Assembly (NCBI RefSeq): GCF_036971445.1
Contig: NC_091477.1
Span: 81,220,001-81,284,000 of the forward strand
Direction of reading: 5' to 3'
Source: Narcine bancroftii
Lineage: Eukaryota
DNA: 64,000 nt
Below are positions 11,437 to 22,767 of the stretch, in pieces. The position numbers and the translations under genes are program-made. The notes below the pieces were generated by a model. The model was not told where the DNA came from. It made no database searches and saw nothing but the letters and a program-made list of their open reading frames with translations. Within the stretch, counting starts at the first letter, position 1. Each line of letters starts with the position of its first letter.

Positions 11437-12238
11437 TTCTTTTTTCTTTGGCTTGGCTTCGCGGACGAAGATTTATGGAGGGGGTAAAAGTCCACGTCAG
11501 CTGCAGGCTCGTTTGTGGCTGACAAGTCCGATGCGGGACAGGCAGACATGGTTGCAGCGGCTGCAGGGGAAAATTGGTTGGTTGGGGTTGGGTGTTGGGT
11601 TTTTCCTCCTTTGCCTTTTGTCAGTGAGGTGGGCTCTGCGGTCTTCTTCAAAGGAGGTTGCTGCCCGCCAAACTGTGAGGTGCCAAGATGCACGGTTTGA
11701 GGCGATATCAGCCCACTGGCGGTGGTCAATGTGGCAGGCACCAAGAGATTTCTTTAGGCAGTCCTTGTACCTTTTCTTTGGTGCACCTCTGTCACGGTGG
11801 CCAGTGGAGAGCTCGCCATATAACACGATCTTGGGAAGGCGATGGTCCTCCATTCTGGAGACGTAACCCACCCAGCGCAGCTGGATCTTCAGCAGCGTGG
11901 ACTCGATGCTGTCGACCTCTGCCGTCTCGAGTACTTCGACGTTAGGGATGAAAGCGCTCCAATGGATGTTGAGGATGGAGCGGAGACAACGCTGGTGGAA
12001 GCGTTCTAGGAGCCGTAGGTGATGCCGGTAGAGGACCCATGATTCGGAGCCGAACAGGAGTGTGGGTATGACAATGGCTCTGTATACGCTTATCTTTGTG
12101 AGGTTTTTCAGTTGGTTGTTTTTCCAGACTCTTTTGTGTAGTCTTCCAAAGGCGCTATTTGCCTTGGCGAGTCTGTTGTCTATCTCATTGTCGATCTTGC
12201 CAGTTTACCTATCTCGGCTGCACCATTTCATCAGATGC
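11437..12238 (-). mobile_element. 5'-truncated RTE (BovB-like clade) LINE with 5' inversion, inserted in Gypsy A integrase
   Basis: RLPKIVLYGEL..GAPKKRYKDCLK..C-terminal zinc finger; GAA/A-rich tail; 12-bp TSD ATGCCATGGTCT at 11425-11436 and 12235-12246. Confidence 0.93.
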
Positions 12239-12298
12239 CATGGTCTAGAAACTGTCAAATTGATCCTCAAGCCAAGAGGCCTTCCAGACTCATGCTCC

Positions 12299-12507
12299 CA
12301 GGATGTCCTACCCATAGCGCTCCACACCTTTCGGTCGCTACTCTGTACAGCGACCAATGTGACTCTTCAGGATATCCTACCCATGGCGCTCCACACTTTT
12401 TGGTCGTTACTCTGTACAGCGACCAATGTGACTCTTCATGATGCCCTACCCATGGCGCTCCACGACCTTTCGGTCGCTATTCTGTACAGCGACCAATGTG
12501 ACTCTTC
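12299..12507 (+). repeat. 69-bp x3 tandem repeat within integrase coding sequence
   Basis: Unit encodes QDVLPIALHTFRSLLCTATNVTL; three copies, the third with a 1-nt insertion. Confidence 0.92.
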
Positions 12508-13814
12508 ATGAACTTTTCCTCAATTTTGAAACGAGATCGGCATCGGGAACCACTGTCCCCACCTGGCTCACCACATCAGAAGCAAAACCGACACCCTGGT
12601 GGAGAGGGTGAGACTGCTCCATGCCAATTCCATGTACACCTACACGGAGTACCAGGACGACAGGGAAGACACCGTCTCTATCAAGGACATGGTACCCGCA
12701 GGAACAGAGAATCCATTGCCTCAGGTGACCCACGAGTTCCAGAACCCTTTCTTACCACCTCCAATCAGGACCTCAGGAGATTTGGATCAGGAGGAAGAGT
12801 CCTCCCCCTCCGTCATGGAAACAGAGCCCTAACCATCCACCATGCCTCCCCTACAAGGGGACCAGGAGACCCAAGGCCCACTGGTGCTGAGGCACTCCTT
12901 CAGGATTTCCAGACCCCTGTAACATTTAAATTGTATATATTCTGATTTTTTTTTTTACTGAGTCTGTGTTCTCTGTCTTCATTCACAGGCCATAATTTTA
13001 CAGGATGGGGTGAATGCAGTGAATGGAGATGCACTGGTGATGGGTTGTGCAAATGACAGACTCCTCCCCCAGGCTCCGCCCCCATCTACCCATAACCCAG
13101 GTTTCCAGCCTGAACCCAGAGCTCTACTGAAGACCCTTGTAAGACCCTATCCTTTGTTATAAGCTAATAAAACATGTGTTCTCCATCCAGTCGTGGGAGC
13201 TTTTATTCATGCTTCAATCAACAACACTGACATCAAAACGCAGTCGCTCACCAAAGACCTGCCCACTAAAACCACATTTGGGTTTTCTCAACACAATTCT
13301 TTTCCTGAACAGATTGCAGATTTGATCAAGCTGGGAACAAACACCTTAATTATAAAGGTTAGGCAACACTGACCTACTTTGATATCAAGACAGCAATTGA
13401 CTAAGAATGGAGTCAAGACACCCTGATAAAACTAGTCAGTGAGACAAAACTAGACAGGACATTACAATGATCAGAACCATATGTTGCACTCAGAAAGATG
13501 TTTCTATGGTTAGTGAAAGTTAATCTCAGTCTCAAGAAATTAAGTACCACATAATTACTTTAGCACAAACCCGAAAGCACAACATCTATATTTCTTTCAT
13601 CAATGACCTTTCTTCCAGGTCAGATGTAGGGTGTTGGTTGATAATTGCACTGTTAAATTTCATTTGCAACTCCTCAGAAAATGAAGCAATCTATGCGATA
13701 TTCTAGGTGTGGAGTGATAGGTGACAGCTAACACTCAGGTTACCAGTGATAGGCAATAACCATCTCCTACAACAGAGGTGAAGCACAGGATTCTGTTGAC
13801 ACCATGGTTAAGTG

Positions 13815-13956
13815 AAAAAACACACAAATGCTGAAGAAGCTCAGCAGGACAAACAGTGCCTTTATGTAGCAACCGTAAAGATACATCACTAACCTTTTGG
13901 GCTTGAGCTCTTCATCAAGGTTGCTACATAAAGGCACTGCGTAGACCTGCTAAGTA
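13815..13956. mobile_element. Penelope-derived short foldback element with degenerate hammerhead-like core
   Basis: Perfect 21-bp inverted repeat at 13854-13874 and 13919-13939; minus strand TTGATGA-AGAGCT-CA-AGCCC-AAAA-GGTT. Confidence 0.5.
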
Positions 13957-14784
13957 CCTACCACAGGGTTTAACCACCCACCATCACATTCAAGTATATT
14001 ACCATCAGAGTTCCACACCATAAAAATCTTGGGGGGGGGGGGGGGGGGGGTACAGCAATGACACATATCTGGACCAGCACATAAATACTGCAGCCACAAG
14101 AACAAGGCAAAAGCCAGGCGTATTGCTTTACGTGAATAAAGCCCTATCAACAAAACACTCACCACTAGCCTGGATAAGTGCAGTTCCAACAAATTATAGA
14201 GAGTTTAGGACCATCTAGGACAAAGCAGCCTGAAATTGGCACCATTAATAACCCTAAACACTCATTTCTTCCATCATTAACAAATCATGATTGGGTATCC
14301 CATCTACAAATGCAATCCTGGTCTTCTCTGGTAGCTTTACCAAATCCACAACCTCTACCAACAAGGACAAAGGCAGATGCATTAGAACAGCACCACCTGT
14401 GAGGTGGGTCCTGCAGATTGCATACTATCCTGACTTGGTAAATGAGGCAATGAGTATCTGAGAAATGAAGGGACAAGAGGAATGAAGAATACATTGAAAA
14501 TGAAACCAAAGGTCATAAGGGCTCTATGGAGGTTGGACATGATTCAGGGTGATTTGGAGGAGGTTACTGAGAGTAACATTGGGCTCTGGCACCACCACAG
14601 GGAGGAACAGCAGTGAGGTGTGGCTGGACTTCAGTGAAGGCACAACCAGGACCACTCAGTAAATTCAGGACCTATAGGTCGCACTGGATAGGTTTATGGG
14701 AAGGAGTGAATTAACTATAGTTGCACAAATTTGACTTTTTTTAAAAATCCCGGTAGCTGAGTGGGAAAAGAAGCTTGATGCTTA

Positions 14785-14968
14785 AGTTAGTCCAATGCTA
14801 TTACAGCACCAGAAACCCGGTTTGAATCCATCATCATCATTAAGGAGCTTGTATATACATCCCGTGACTGCGTAGGTTTCCTCCCACCCTCCTAAAAAAT
14901 ACAGGGTTTGTAGGTCAATTGGTGTATTTGGGCAGCACAGGTTTGTTACCATGCTATACATCTAAAAA
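14785..14968 (+). mobile_element. tRNA-derived SINE (V-SINE-like), decayed
   Basis: B-box-like GGTTTGAATCC, core GACTGCGTAGGTTTCCTCCCA; homologous to 25357-25600. Confidence 0.65.
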
Positions 14969-15710
14969 ATAACCTAATCTGACAGGAAACTAGTTAAGTT
15001 AATGTCCCATCTCTTGGTTGGCACCAGAATAATTATTAGCAGGGGGGGGGGGCATTAGGATAACCGCAGGGTGGGGGGAGGGGGAGAGAGACAATCTGAT
15101 ACTCGAAACTTGCTCAGTGGGTGGGGAAAAGGGGAGCACTTACCATGTTAAATGCAGCGTCACGGGGTCCGTAGGCTGTACGTGGCCATGTTTCTTCTTG
15201 CGCACATGTGCTAATGCCGGCTGGCGCATGCACAATGGATTGGAGTTCCGTTGATGGGAAGTGACACTAGTGGCCCCAGTACTCCAATCCATTGCGCATG
15301 CGCCAGCCGGCCATAGCAGGAAAATTGCTGAAATGGAGGATAAATTAACTCTGGCTCGCAGTGACACCAGACAGAGGACAGATTACTCAAAAGCTGGACT
15401 GTCTGGCCTAAAACCAGACATCTAGCCACCACCTCATTTGAGGGGCAATGCCCGTGAATGCCCCCCCTTGGCGCTGACACTGCCCCAACCTTAAAGATGG
15501 CAACCAAAAGAGGAGGAAATTAATAAAGAGTTGGAGTTCGATGCAGTTGGAGTTGCTGCAGAAATATTTAAATTAGGGCGCACGAGTTTTTTTTCCAAGC
15601 GTACATATTTCATATGCCACAAATTTAACTTCTACTGGTTTGAGAGTTGTGGCTGAGAAGAACCAAGAACACAAGAAAAGGCATCAAAATGGTTATTTGT
15701 AGCATCTTAC

Positions 15711-15732
15711 CTTCTGGTGAGTCATCTATATA
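15711..15732 (-). CDS. Candidate 22-nt host micro-exon (YIDDSPE+1 nt)
   Basis: Minus strand gcatttgccag|TATATAGATGACTCACCAGAAG|gtaaga in non-repeat DNA; gene not recognised. Confidence 0.3.
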
Positions 15733-16658
15733 CTGGCAAATGCAGTCAATTGCAGTTATTAGTTTAGTTGAGCCAATCATAACTGTGTTGTTGCTGACAA
15801 TGCCCTTGGGTGTGGCAGCAAAAATGACACAGCAGACAAATAAAATCTCATCTTACTAAGTAGTTAATACAAAAATATACACAAGCACACATGATTATGA
15901 AACTCAGTTCTGAAATTATTCCCAAATACTTGAGAAATGAAAATGATCGTCTGGATAAGGTCATAATGGGAGATGTATACATATTCCCCAATAAGCAATT
16001 ATCACAAAGTTAATTATTGAACTGGAACTATTCTAATCCAATGCTGCAGAGAATAAAGATACAAGATTCAGCTCATTAAAGTTGCTATTGACATGGTGAA
16101 CAGTGAACTTATGTACAGAAGGGAAAAGTATTTAAGACAACCTCAATTGTAAATGCATAGTCCACAGTGCATTGGGTGAAATTAGTTTTGATATCAGGGT
16201 ATCTCAATTTTTTATCTGAACAATTCTATCAATTGGGCTCTTTTTTTCTTCAAATTATCCATGTTTGGATCAGCTCCCTTGGTCACATCAGATGAACAGA
16301 TTTAAATGCGAAGAATGCAGCAGGAAACAGCTTCAACCACTTAAACATGCCCTATTTGACATCAACAAGCACCTTTGACTGTATAACCAAATGGGTTCTT
16401 TCTCACATTTTTCTGTCCTCAAAAATGCACCCCTTTGCAAAACCTCCTACATGCCAACAAACCATAATTTTTACAAATTCACCACAGAACCGAACCAATT
16501 CCTATGCAGACTGGGGATGTGTCATTGCTCCAATCCTCAAATCTTTTCCACAGTAAACTGTACCTTAACCCCCACAAACTTTTTTAAATGGAGTAGAACC
16601 AATCTACATGATAAATGGAAAAGTTTTCATCCTCTGCCTTTTCCTTTCCAGAATCAAG

Positions 16659-17516
16659 AGCCCTTTTCACACTGGCTAACCAGTATATTGGCCATTCATT
16701 GAACCAGTTAAGGAAGCAGTTTTTGATTTTCACATTGGATCACTGTTAACCGGTTCTCTGTGGCTTTTCACACTCATCACAAAGCATCACTGGGGATAGG
16801 GGATTCCATCCTCCAGAGATAACGTCTGAGTGATGGTGGACCTGCCCTAAATCTTGATCAATGTATTATGATGTTGTATTTAAACAAAATTAATCATGCC
16901 TAAATATAACAATTATTAAGTACAGCAGAGAATGAACCCTTCAGCCCCTGTTGTTGTGCCAACCTGTATAAATCTTTATAAATTTATAAAAGACCATGGG
17001 AAAGTATAGTCGCACAATTTATAAAGACTGTGGGAAAGTCCTAGCAGCAAGAGCACACAACTTATAAAAACCATTGGAAAGTGCGACAGCAGACCTGCAG
17101 CAGAGTTATGGGCTGTCTGCACAGAGCACTCATGGAGGGGTTTCTCTGCCGCACAGAATTCTGGGAGGGCAGATCCACCATTGCGCTCTCTCTTTCCTGC
17201 TGTGACTGTCCCATGGTCCTTTAGAAATTTATGAAGGTTTATAGAGGTCAGCAAAGTTTATATATTCTTTTTAATTTTTTAATCCTTTGGTTCCTTCACA
17301 TTCCTGCACTCACGCAAAAACATCATCAGCATGTCACCAATTTGTCCCAGAATACTTAGTGTCCCTTTCACATTGGGACAATCATCACGTAGGCGTCATC
17401 AGATGCTGGGGATGATACTACCTAGGTCTGATGATGCCTGCATAACAATTAAAGAGCTTTCACACTGAACCCTTAATCATCAATTACGAGGACAAGGTGC
17501 CAGTGTGAAAGGGGCC
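16659..17516 (+). mobile_element. PIF/Harbinger-like non-autonomous element, family 1 copy 1
   Basis: TIRs AGCCCTTTTCACACTGG and CCAGTGTGAAAGGGGCC, 3-bp TSD AAG/AAG. Confidence 0.8.
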
Positions 17517-18029
17517 AAGGACACTCCAATCTCAGTCACCATGCTACATGCTATATTTTAGTACTTGCATAGTCAGAAGCTGAGCTTCAATTCCAAATGC
17601 AAAGTTCTGAAAATTTGAGGGGATGGCTAGTTTCAGTCAGGCAAAAGTCCTTGTTACAAAGAATCTTCCTCACAGTTCTTGTGAGACTTGGAAAGTGCAT
17701 TGTATATTTTATCAGAAATAAATGTTGACCTCTGTGGGCTATTACAGACAGCAAAGTAACAGAAGGAGTTTGAGGGAAATAGAAGGTTGCATTCCCCAAA
17801 GCAGTGGAAATATTTTCTCTTTATTACCATTAAAGTTCCTTTTACTGTTTATAGGCATGCCCAAATCTATCTTATTGTTTCACTGCATTATAAGAATGCT
17901 TACTTGGAAGTACATCTGGCTGTGAAATCCCAAGATTAAGAAAATAAATATTTAAGCAGTTTATTCCTTACCGAACTCCCCCTGGGCTGAATATTATCAT
18001 CCAAACCCAGCCTTCATACTGACCTTATT

Positions 18030-18638
18030 AGGTTTTTTTTTAATGGTGAAACCCCAAATCAGAGCCAGCTCAAGTTAAAAAAAAAGGGTGATTTCACCTT
18101 TTATGGTGACAACCTATAATGCAGATCCTGCGCTGCCTTTAATGGAGAGCACAGTTGGGAGCCGTTTTCCAGAGCTGAGAGGGGAATGGGCGAGTGGTGC
18201 AGTATCACTGCCCGCCACTGTGACGTCAATCATACATGCTAGGAAGTGAAAGTGCCAAGTTCGCAGATGGGCCCAGCCTTGTGTCTTTACTCTATTGACT
18301 TCCTTAATTTCTCCAGCATTGTGTGTTTTTACTCTATTGACCTGCTGAGTTTCTCTAGCATTGTGTTTTCACTTTAAAAATTGCACTTGGGTCGCGGGCT
18401 GATGGCGTCATCATGACATCATCAGCCCTCTCCTTTGCAGCCGCTTTCAGCCTCATTCCTTTTATGGAGGTGGTAGAGCGACTACGCTCCACCTTTAAGT
18501 GTACCCCTCTAGGCAGATGGAAGCTGAAGCGTATTCCAGCAGTCCATCTCCCTTTGGACCTTTTATGGAGGTAAGTGCAGCGATGTAAAGACAGAGAATT
18601 TCTGTCTTTACATTAGTTTTTTTTCTATAAAAGAGCCT
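18030..18638 (+). mobile_element. Harbinger-like non-autonomous element, family 2
   Basis: Ends ...CTATAAAAGAGCCT; internal homology (CCAGAGCTGAG..GGGCGAGTGGTGCAGTA) to 46720-46820. Confidence 0.6.
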
Positions 18639-19557
18639 ACTGATACTTTATTGTCCAATTTCAGTATTAGCAAAGTTACCATGAAGAATTTAAATATTTC
18701 AGATCAAAGCCCTTTCCAAATTAAACAGAATAAATCAACAGAATCTATCTTAGTAGACACATTATTCACTGGAAATAGCTCCCAGACAGGAAAATAATCA
18801 ATAGCATATTGTGATGTTTGTGGGTATAGGAAATACATATCAATTTCAATCATTTGTCATGAATAGTGTTTTGTGGGTGTTTCTGCAACCCTTCAGGCAA
18901 AACTATAATTTTAAAAGCCCTTACAGTTAATGACTTTCACATTCAAATGTGTCCTCAAAGCTGGATATGTTCCACATTATGATTCATGAGCAGTATAAAA
19001 AAAGTTTATTTATTATCCAAATGCACAAGTACAACCCAACTAAACATATTTTCTGGTCCTTGGTGCAAAACTTACCAACACACAATTAGACACAAAACGT
19101 AAACAAGTGCAGAATAAACATACATATATAAAAATAAATAAATATTTTTCAATAAATAGTAGAGTTCAGGTGGTTAATGTAAGCAGTTCATTTAGTCGTT
19201 CAGCATTCCCACTGCCCAAAGGAAGAAGCTGTTTCTCAGCCTGGTGGTACTGGCTCTGATACCTGTTTCTCTTTCCTGATGGCAATACCTGAAAGATGCT
19301 ATGTGCAGGATGATAGGGGCCCTCAATGATTTTGCACGCCCTCTGTAGAGAACAATCCTGGTAGATCACATTGATGGGGGTGGGGAGGGATCCTCTCTGC
19401 TGCTCTTATGGTCCTGTGGATTGACCTCCAATCTAATTCTCAACAGCAACTATGTTGTGATGCAGCCAGACAGGATGCTCTCGATAGTGTTTCTGCAGAA
19501 AATTGACATGATGGTGGCTGGTAGCATTGCCTCCTCCCGTCTTCTCAGGAAGTACAG

Positions 19558-22500
19558 TCACGTGTGACGCCATAAGAACAAGACTTGGGCTTACAGATAT
19601 CGGACAGAGGATGAAGACTCAGAAGAAGAGATAAAGAGTAAACAAAGTACTAGAATTGCTATATCTATGAAAAGAAATGACTATTAGTGAGCTGTTTAAT
19701 GTGAAGGGGGAAATAAGTAGTGTTGGAGGCTGTCAACAAGACGAAGAAAAAATTAAATTAGAAAATTCAATGAAGAGAGTACAAGAGGTTATGCAGCATG
19801 TTGAAGATAGAGTTACCACTGAGGAAGATACTACTACTACCTTAACAATGAAGAATAAGAAGCTGCAACAAAAATTGGATGTATTAGAAAATTTTAGTGG
19901 GAGAAATAATGTTAAGATTGTGGGTCTTAAAGAAGGTGTAGAAAAACAAGATACTCCTGCTTTTCTTTTGGAATGGCTCTCTGAAATGTTGGGAGCTGAA
20001 AATTTTGATCATCCTATAGAGATTGAAAGAGCACAGAGCTTTCAGACGTCCAGCTCTCTAATTCAAAACTCACATTCTATACTGGTAAAATGTCTTTGTT
20101 TTCAAGATAGAGAGAAGATTTTGTCAATGATAGCAGAAGATGAGATTGGCAGGGGTTCTGCTTGAGTACGAAGGTGCAAGAGTCTTATTTTTCCTGATAC
20201 AAGTGCTGATCTACTTAAAAGAGGAAGAGAATTCAACCCAGTTAAGAACGTTTTATGGGAGAAGGGATACATATCTGTTCTGCGCCATCCAGCGATGTTG
20301 AAGATTTTTATACCGGGGTGAAGGAAACAAATTATTTATGAATATGATGGAAGCAGTAGAGTATGCTTAGAGTCTCCCAATTATTCAGAAGGAGTGAAGA
20401 ATGAGGACTTCTTTTCATCCTGGTTGATTTTTGACGAATTGCTCGCTTTGCTTTCACAGCAAGGAGTGATTTAAAATGCTTTACATTGATTTATTCTTTT
20501 CTATCCTTATATTTATCTACTATTAATGTGATGTATGTTTTTTTTAACTGAAGTTTGAAGTAAGATTTGATGGTCAAATGTATCAGAGGGTTAGGGAGAG
20601 TAGGGTTCTGACCTCTGGTGCGTCATGTGGGTAGTCGTGACTCTGGTCAAGGCCCGTAAAATATTTTCTCTCAACGCCTATTGAGAGGAATTTTTTTTCT
20701 ACTTTTTTTTTAATAGTTATATGTATTTTTATATACAAGTTTCTTTCTTTTTTCTATTGCATCTGGATTGTCGGAGGGGAGGTTCTTGAGTATGCTGGCT
20801 TTTTTCTACAATAACATTAAGGAGTGAAGAATTACAGGCAGAGGTGGAAGAAATATTGAAACAGGAAGATGAGAATGTGCTTAAACTCAAATTATATTGT
20901 TAATGGTTTAAATGGGACCGTGAAGACGAAAAGGGTTTTGAGGTATTTTTAAAAAGTTAGGTATAGATATAGTTTTTTTTACAAGAAACGCTTCAAACAG
21001 AAAAAGAACATTTGAAGTTAAAAAGAGACTGGGTTGGACATGTAGTAGCTTCCTTTAATTCTAAAGAGGAGTGGTTATTTTAATTAAAAAGAATATACCA
21101 ATTAAAATACAAAATGCAGTGCTAGATCCAGCAGAAAGCTATGTAACAGCTCATTGTCAAATACTTTCAGAATTATGGACATTTCTTAATATCTACACAC
21201 CAAATGCAGATTATGAGAGATTTATCAAAGAGACCTTTATGAATTTAGCAGAAGCACATGACAATATTTTGATAGGAGGAGATTTAAGTTTTAGTTCAGA
21301 TCAAATCTTAGATAGAACTACAAGGGGAATGTCAAGAACAAAAGCAGCAAAAGCAACCTTGGTTTAGATGAAAGATCTGAATTTAATAGATGCTTCGAGA
21401 AAAATTCATCCTAGAGAAAGAGACTATGTGGCGGCAAGCTACTAGGCAGGCGACTCAGCCCCGCTTGTAATCCACGCGGCGGGGTAGCCAGCCAAAATGG
21501 CGCCATCAGAGGTTTCCCCTTCTCAGCACCGGGCTCAGAAGCCCGTGCTGGGGGACCACATGACGCCCGAGTGACGTCGGCGCCCCCCAGCACGGTTCCC
21601 AGCCAGGTCCGGGCTGGGAGTACAAGTCCATCCCAGAAGCCAGCAATAAACCAGTTTTCTGCTCACTGAGCTCAACCCGTCTGGTTGTGTGTTCTTTCAG
21701 TAGCAGTGTAGCTGCTGCTACAACTATTCCTTTTATTCAAATAGGCATAATTCTTATTCTAGAATAGATTTGTTTTTTAATATCTGTTTAATTAAAAGGT
21801 AGGATATTGAGTATGGAATATAAAATGAAAATATTGTCAGATCATTCATCTTTGTTAATGACAATTACAAATTACAAATAAAAATTGGTATATAGATGGA
21901 GATTAAACTCAACATTATTAAAAAGGAAAGATTTTTATGACTTTGTTAGAAATCAAATTCAATTGTGTGATACGAACAAACAAGGTCGAGAATAAATTTC
22001 TAATTTGGGATGCATTAAAAGTGTATTTGAGAGGTCAAATTATAAGATGTGGAGATGAAATGGGCACTTTTTTTAAATACACACTCTATTTGGTCATGTT
22101 CAAAGGTTAGAATTTTTTGGGAGGATCAGGGAATGTTTTTGGGACAAATTACTCGTATTACTTTTCTACAAAATCCAGACCTATTTTTGTTGGGGAACCT
22201 TGCAGGAACAAGACCTAAATTTACTAATTCATCAAGATAAATTTGTTAAAATTGCTTTCGTGGTGGCAAGAAAGTGTATCAAAGTGACCTGGAAATCAGA
22301 CATATACTTAGGTATGGAAAGATGGCATTCGGAGATACAAGCATGTATTCCCTTAAAGAAAATTATTTTCAATTTAAGAAATAAATATTCTCTCCTTGTG
22401 CAGATCTGGAGCCCATATATGCAAAGGTTAGGAATAATTTTTTTTAAAAAGTACTTCTGGCCTCCTAAGTCAGTATTAATCTTCTTCCCTGAAAGTCACA

Positions 22501-22767
22501 TACATATAAATACTAAGATTCCAGTGTGTGAGCTAACCCTCTGTGCAATCCAGAAGAACATTTTATTTTTCTCTTTTGGCTTTGCTTTTATATTTTCTCA
22601 ATAATATTATATATTTACTATATTACATTTTCACATTAATATAGTTTTTGGAGGGGGGGATAAAGGAGGTAGGAGGAAGGGTTTAAACACCGTATAATCA
22701 CTATCTTAAGTTTAAGCATTTATATAAATTGTATAATTACATGGTTGAAAACTTTAAATTATCAAAA
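19558..22767 (+). mobile_element. L1 LINE with ORF1, endonuclease and C-terminus but RT deleted
   Basis: ORF1 LDVLENFSGRNNVKIVGLKEG..IEIERA; EN NIYTPN..IGGD, YSRID, SDH; G-rich 3'UTR; 11-bp TSD AGGAAGTACAG at 19547-19557 and 22768-22778. Confidence 0.88.
21427..21722 (+). mobile_element. Solo LTR of the CsRn1-like family at 61451, inserted in L1 ORF2
   Basis: TG...CA, 4-bp TSD ACTA/ACTA, closely similar to 61451-61745. Confidence 0.9.

Larger units (their letters stand above)
8134..13216 (+). mobile_element. Gypsy LTR retrotransposon A (decayed gag-PR-RT-RH-IN; YLDN lineage)
   Basis: LTRs 8134-8314 and 13015-13216; TSD ATCAT/ATCAA; PPT GGATGGGGTGAA; gag ATG 8340, knuckle CFFCGRSQHPRARC; PR LIDTGSTESF; RT FPYLDN; RH VESDA..VAFFSRTL; IN SRTTNYNPWGNEQVE. 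Confidence 0.92.

Noticed and set aside
11337-11945. Overlapping ORFs duplicated at 47533-48049
   Set aside because: Antisense and alternative-frame shadows of the same RTE family
12299-12507. CRISPR-like array
   Set aside because: Head-to-tail tandem units without unique spacers, lying within integrase
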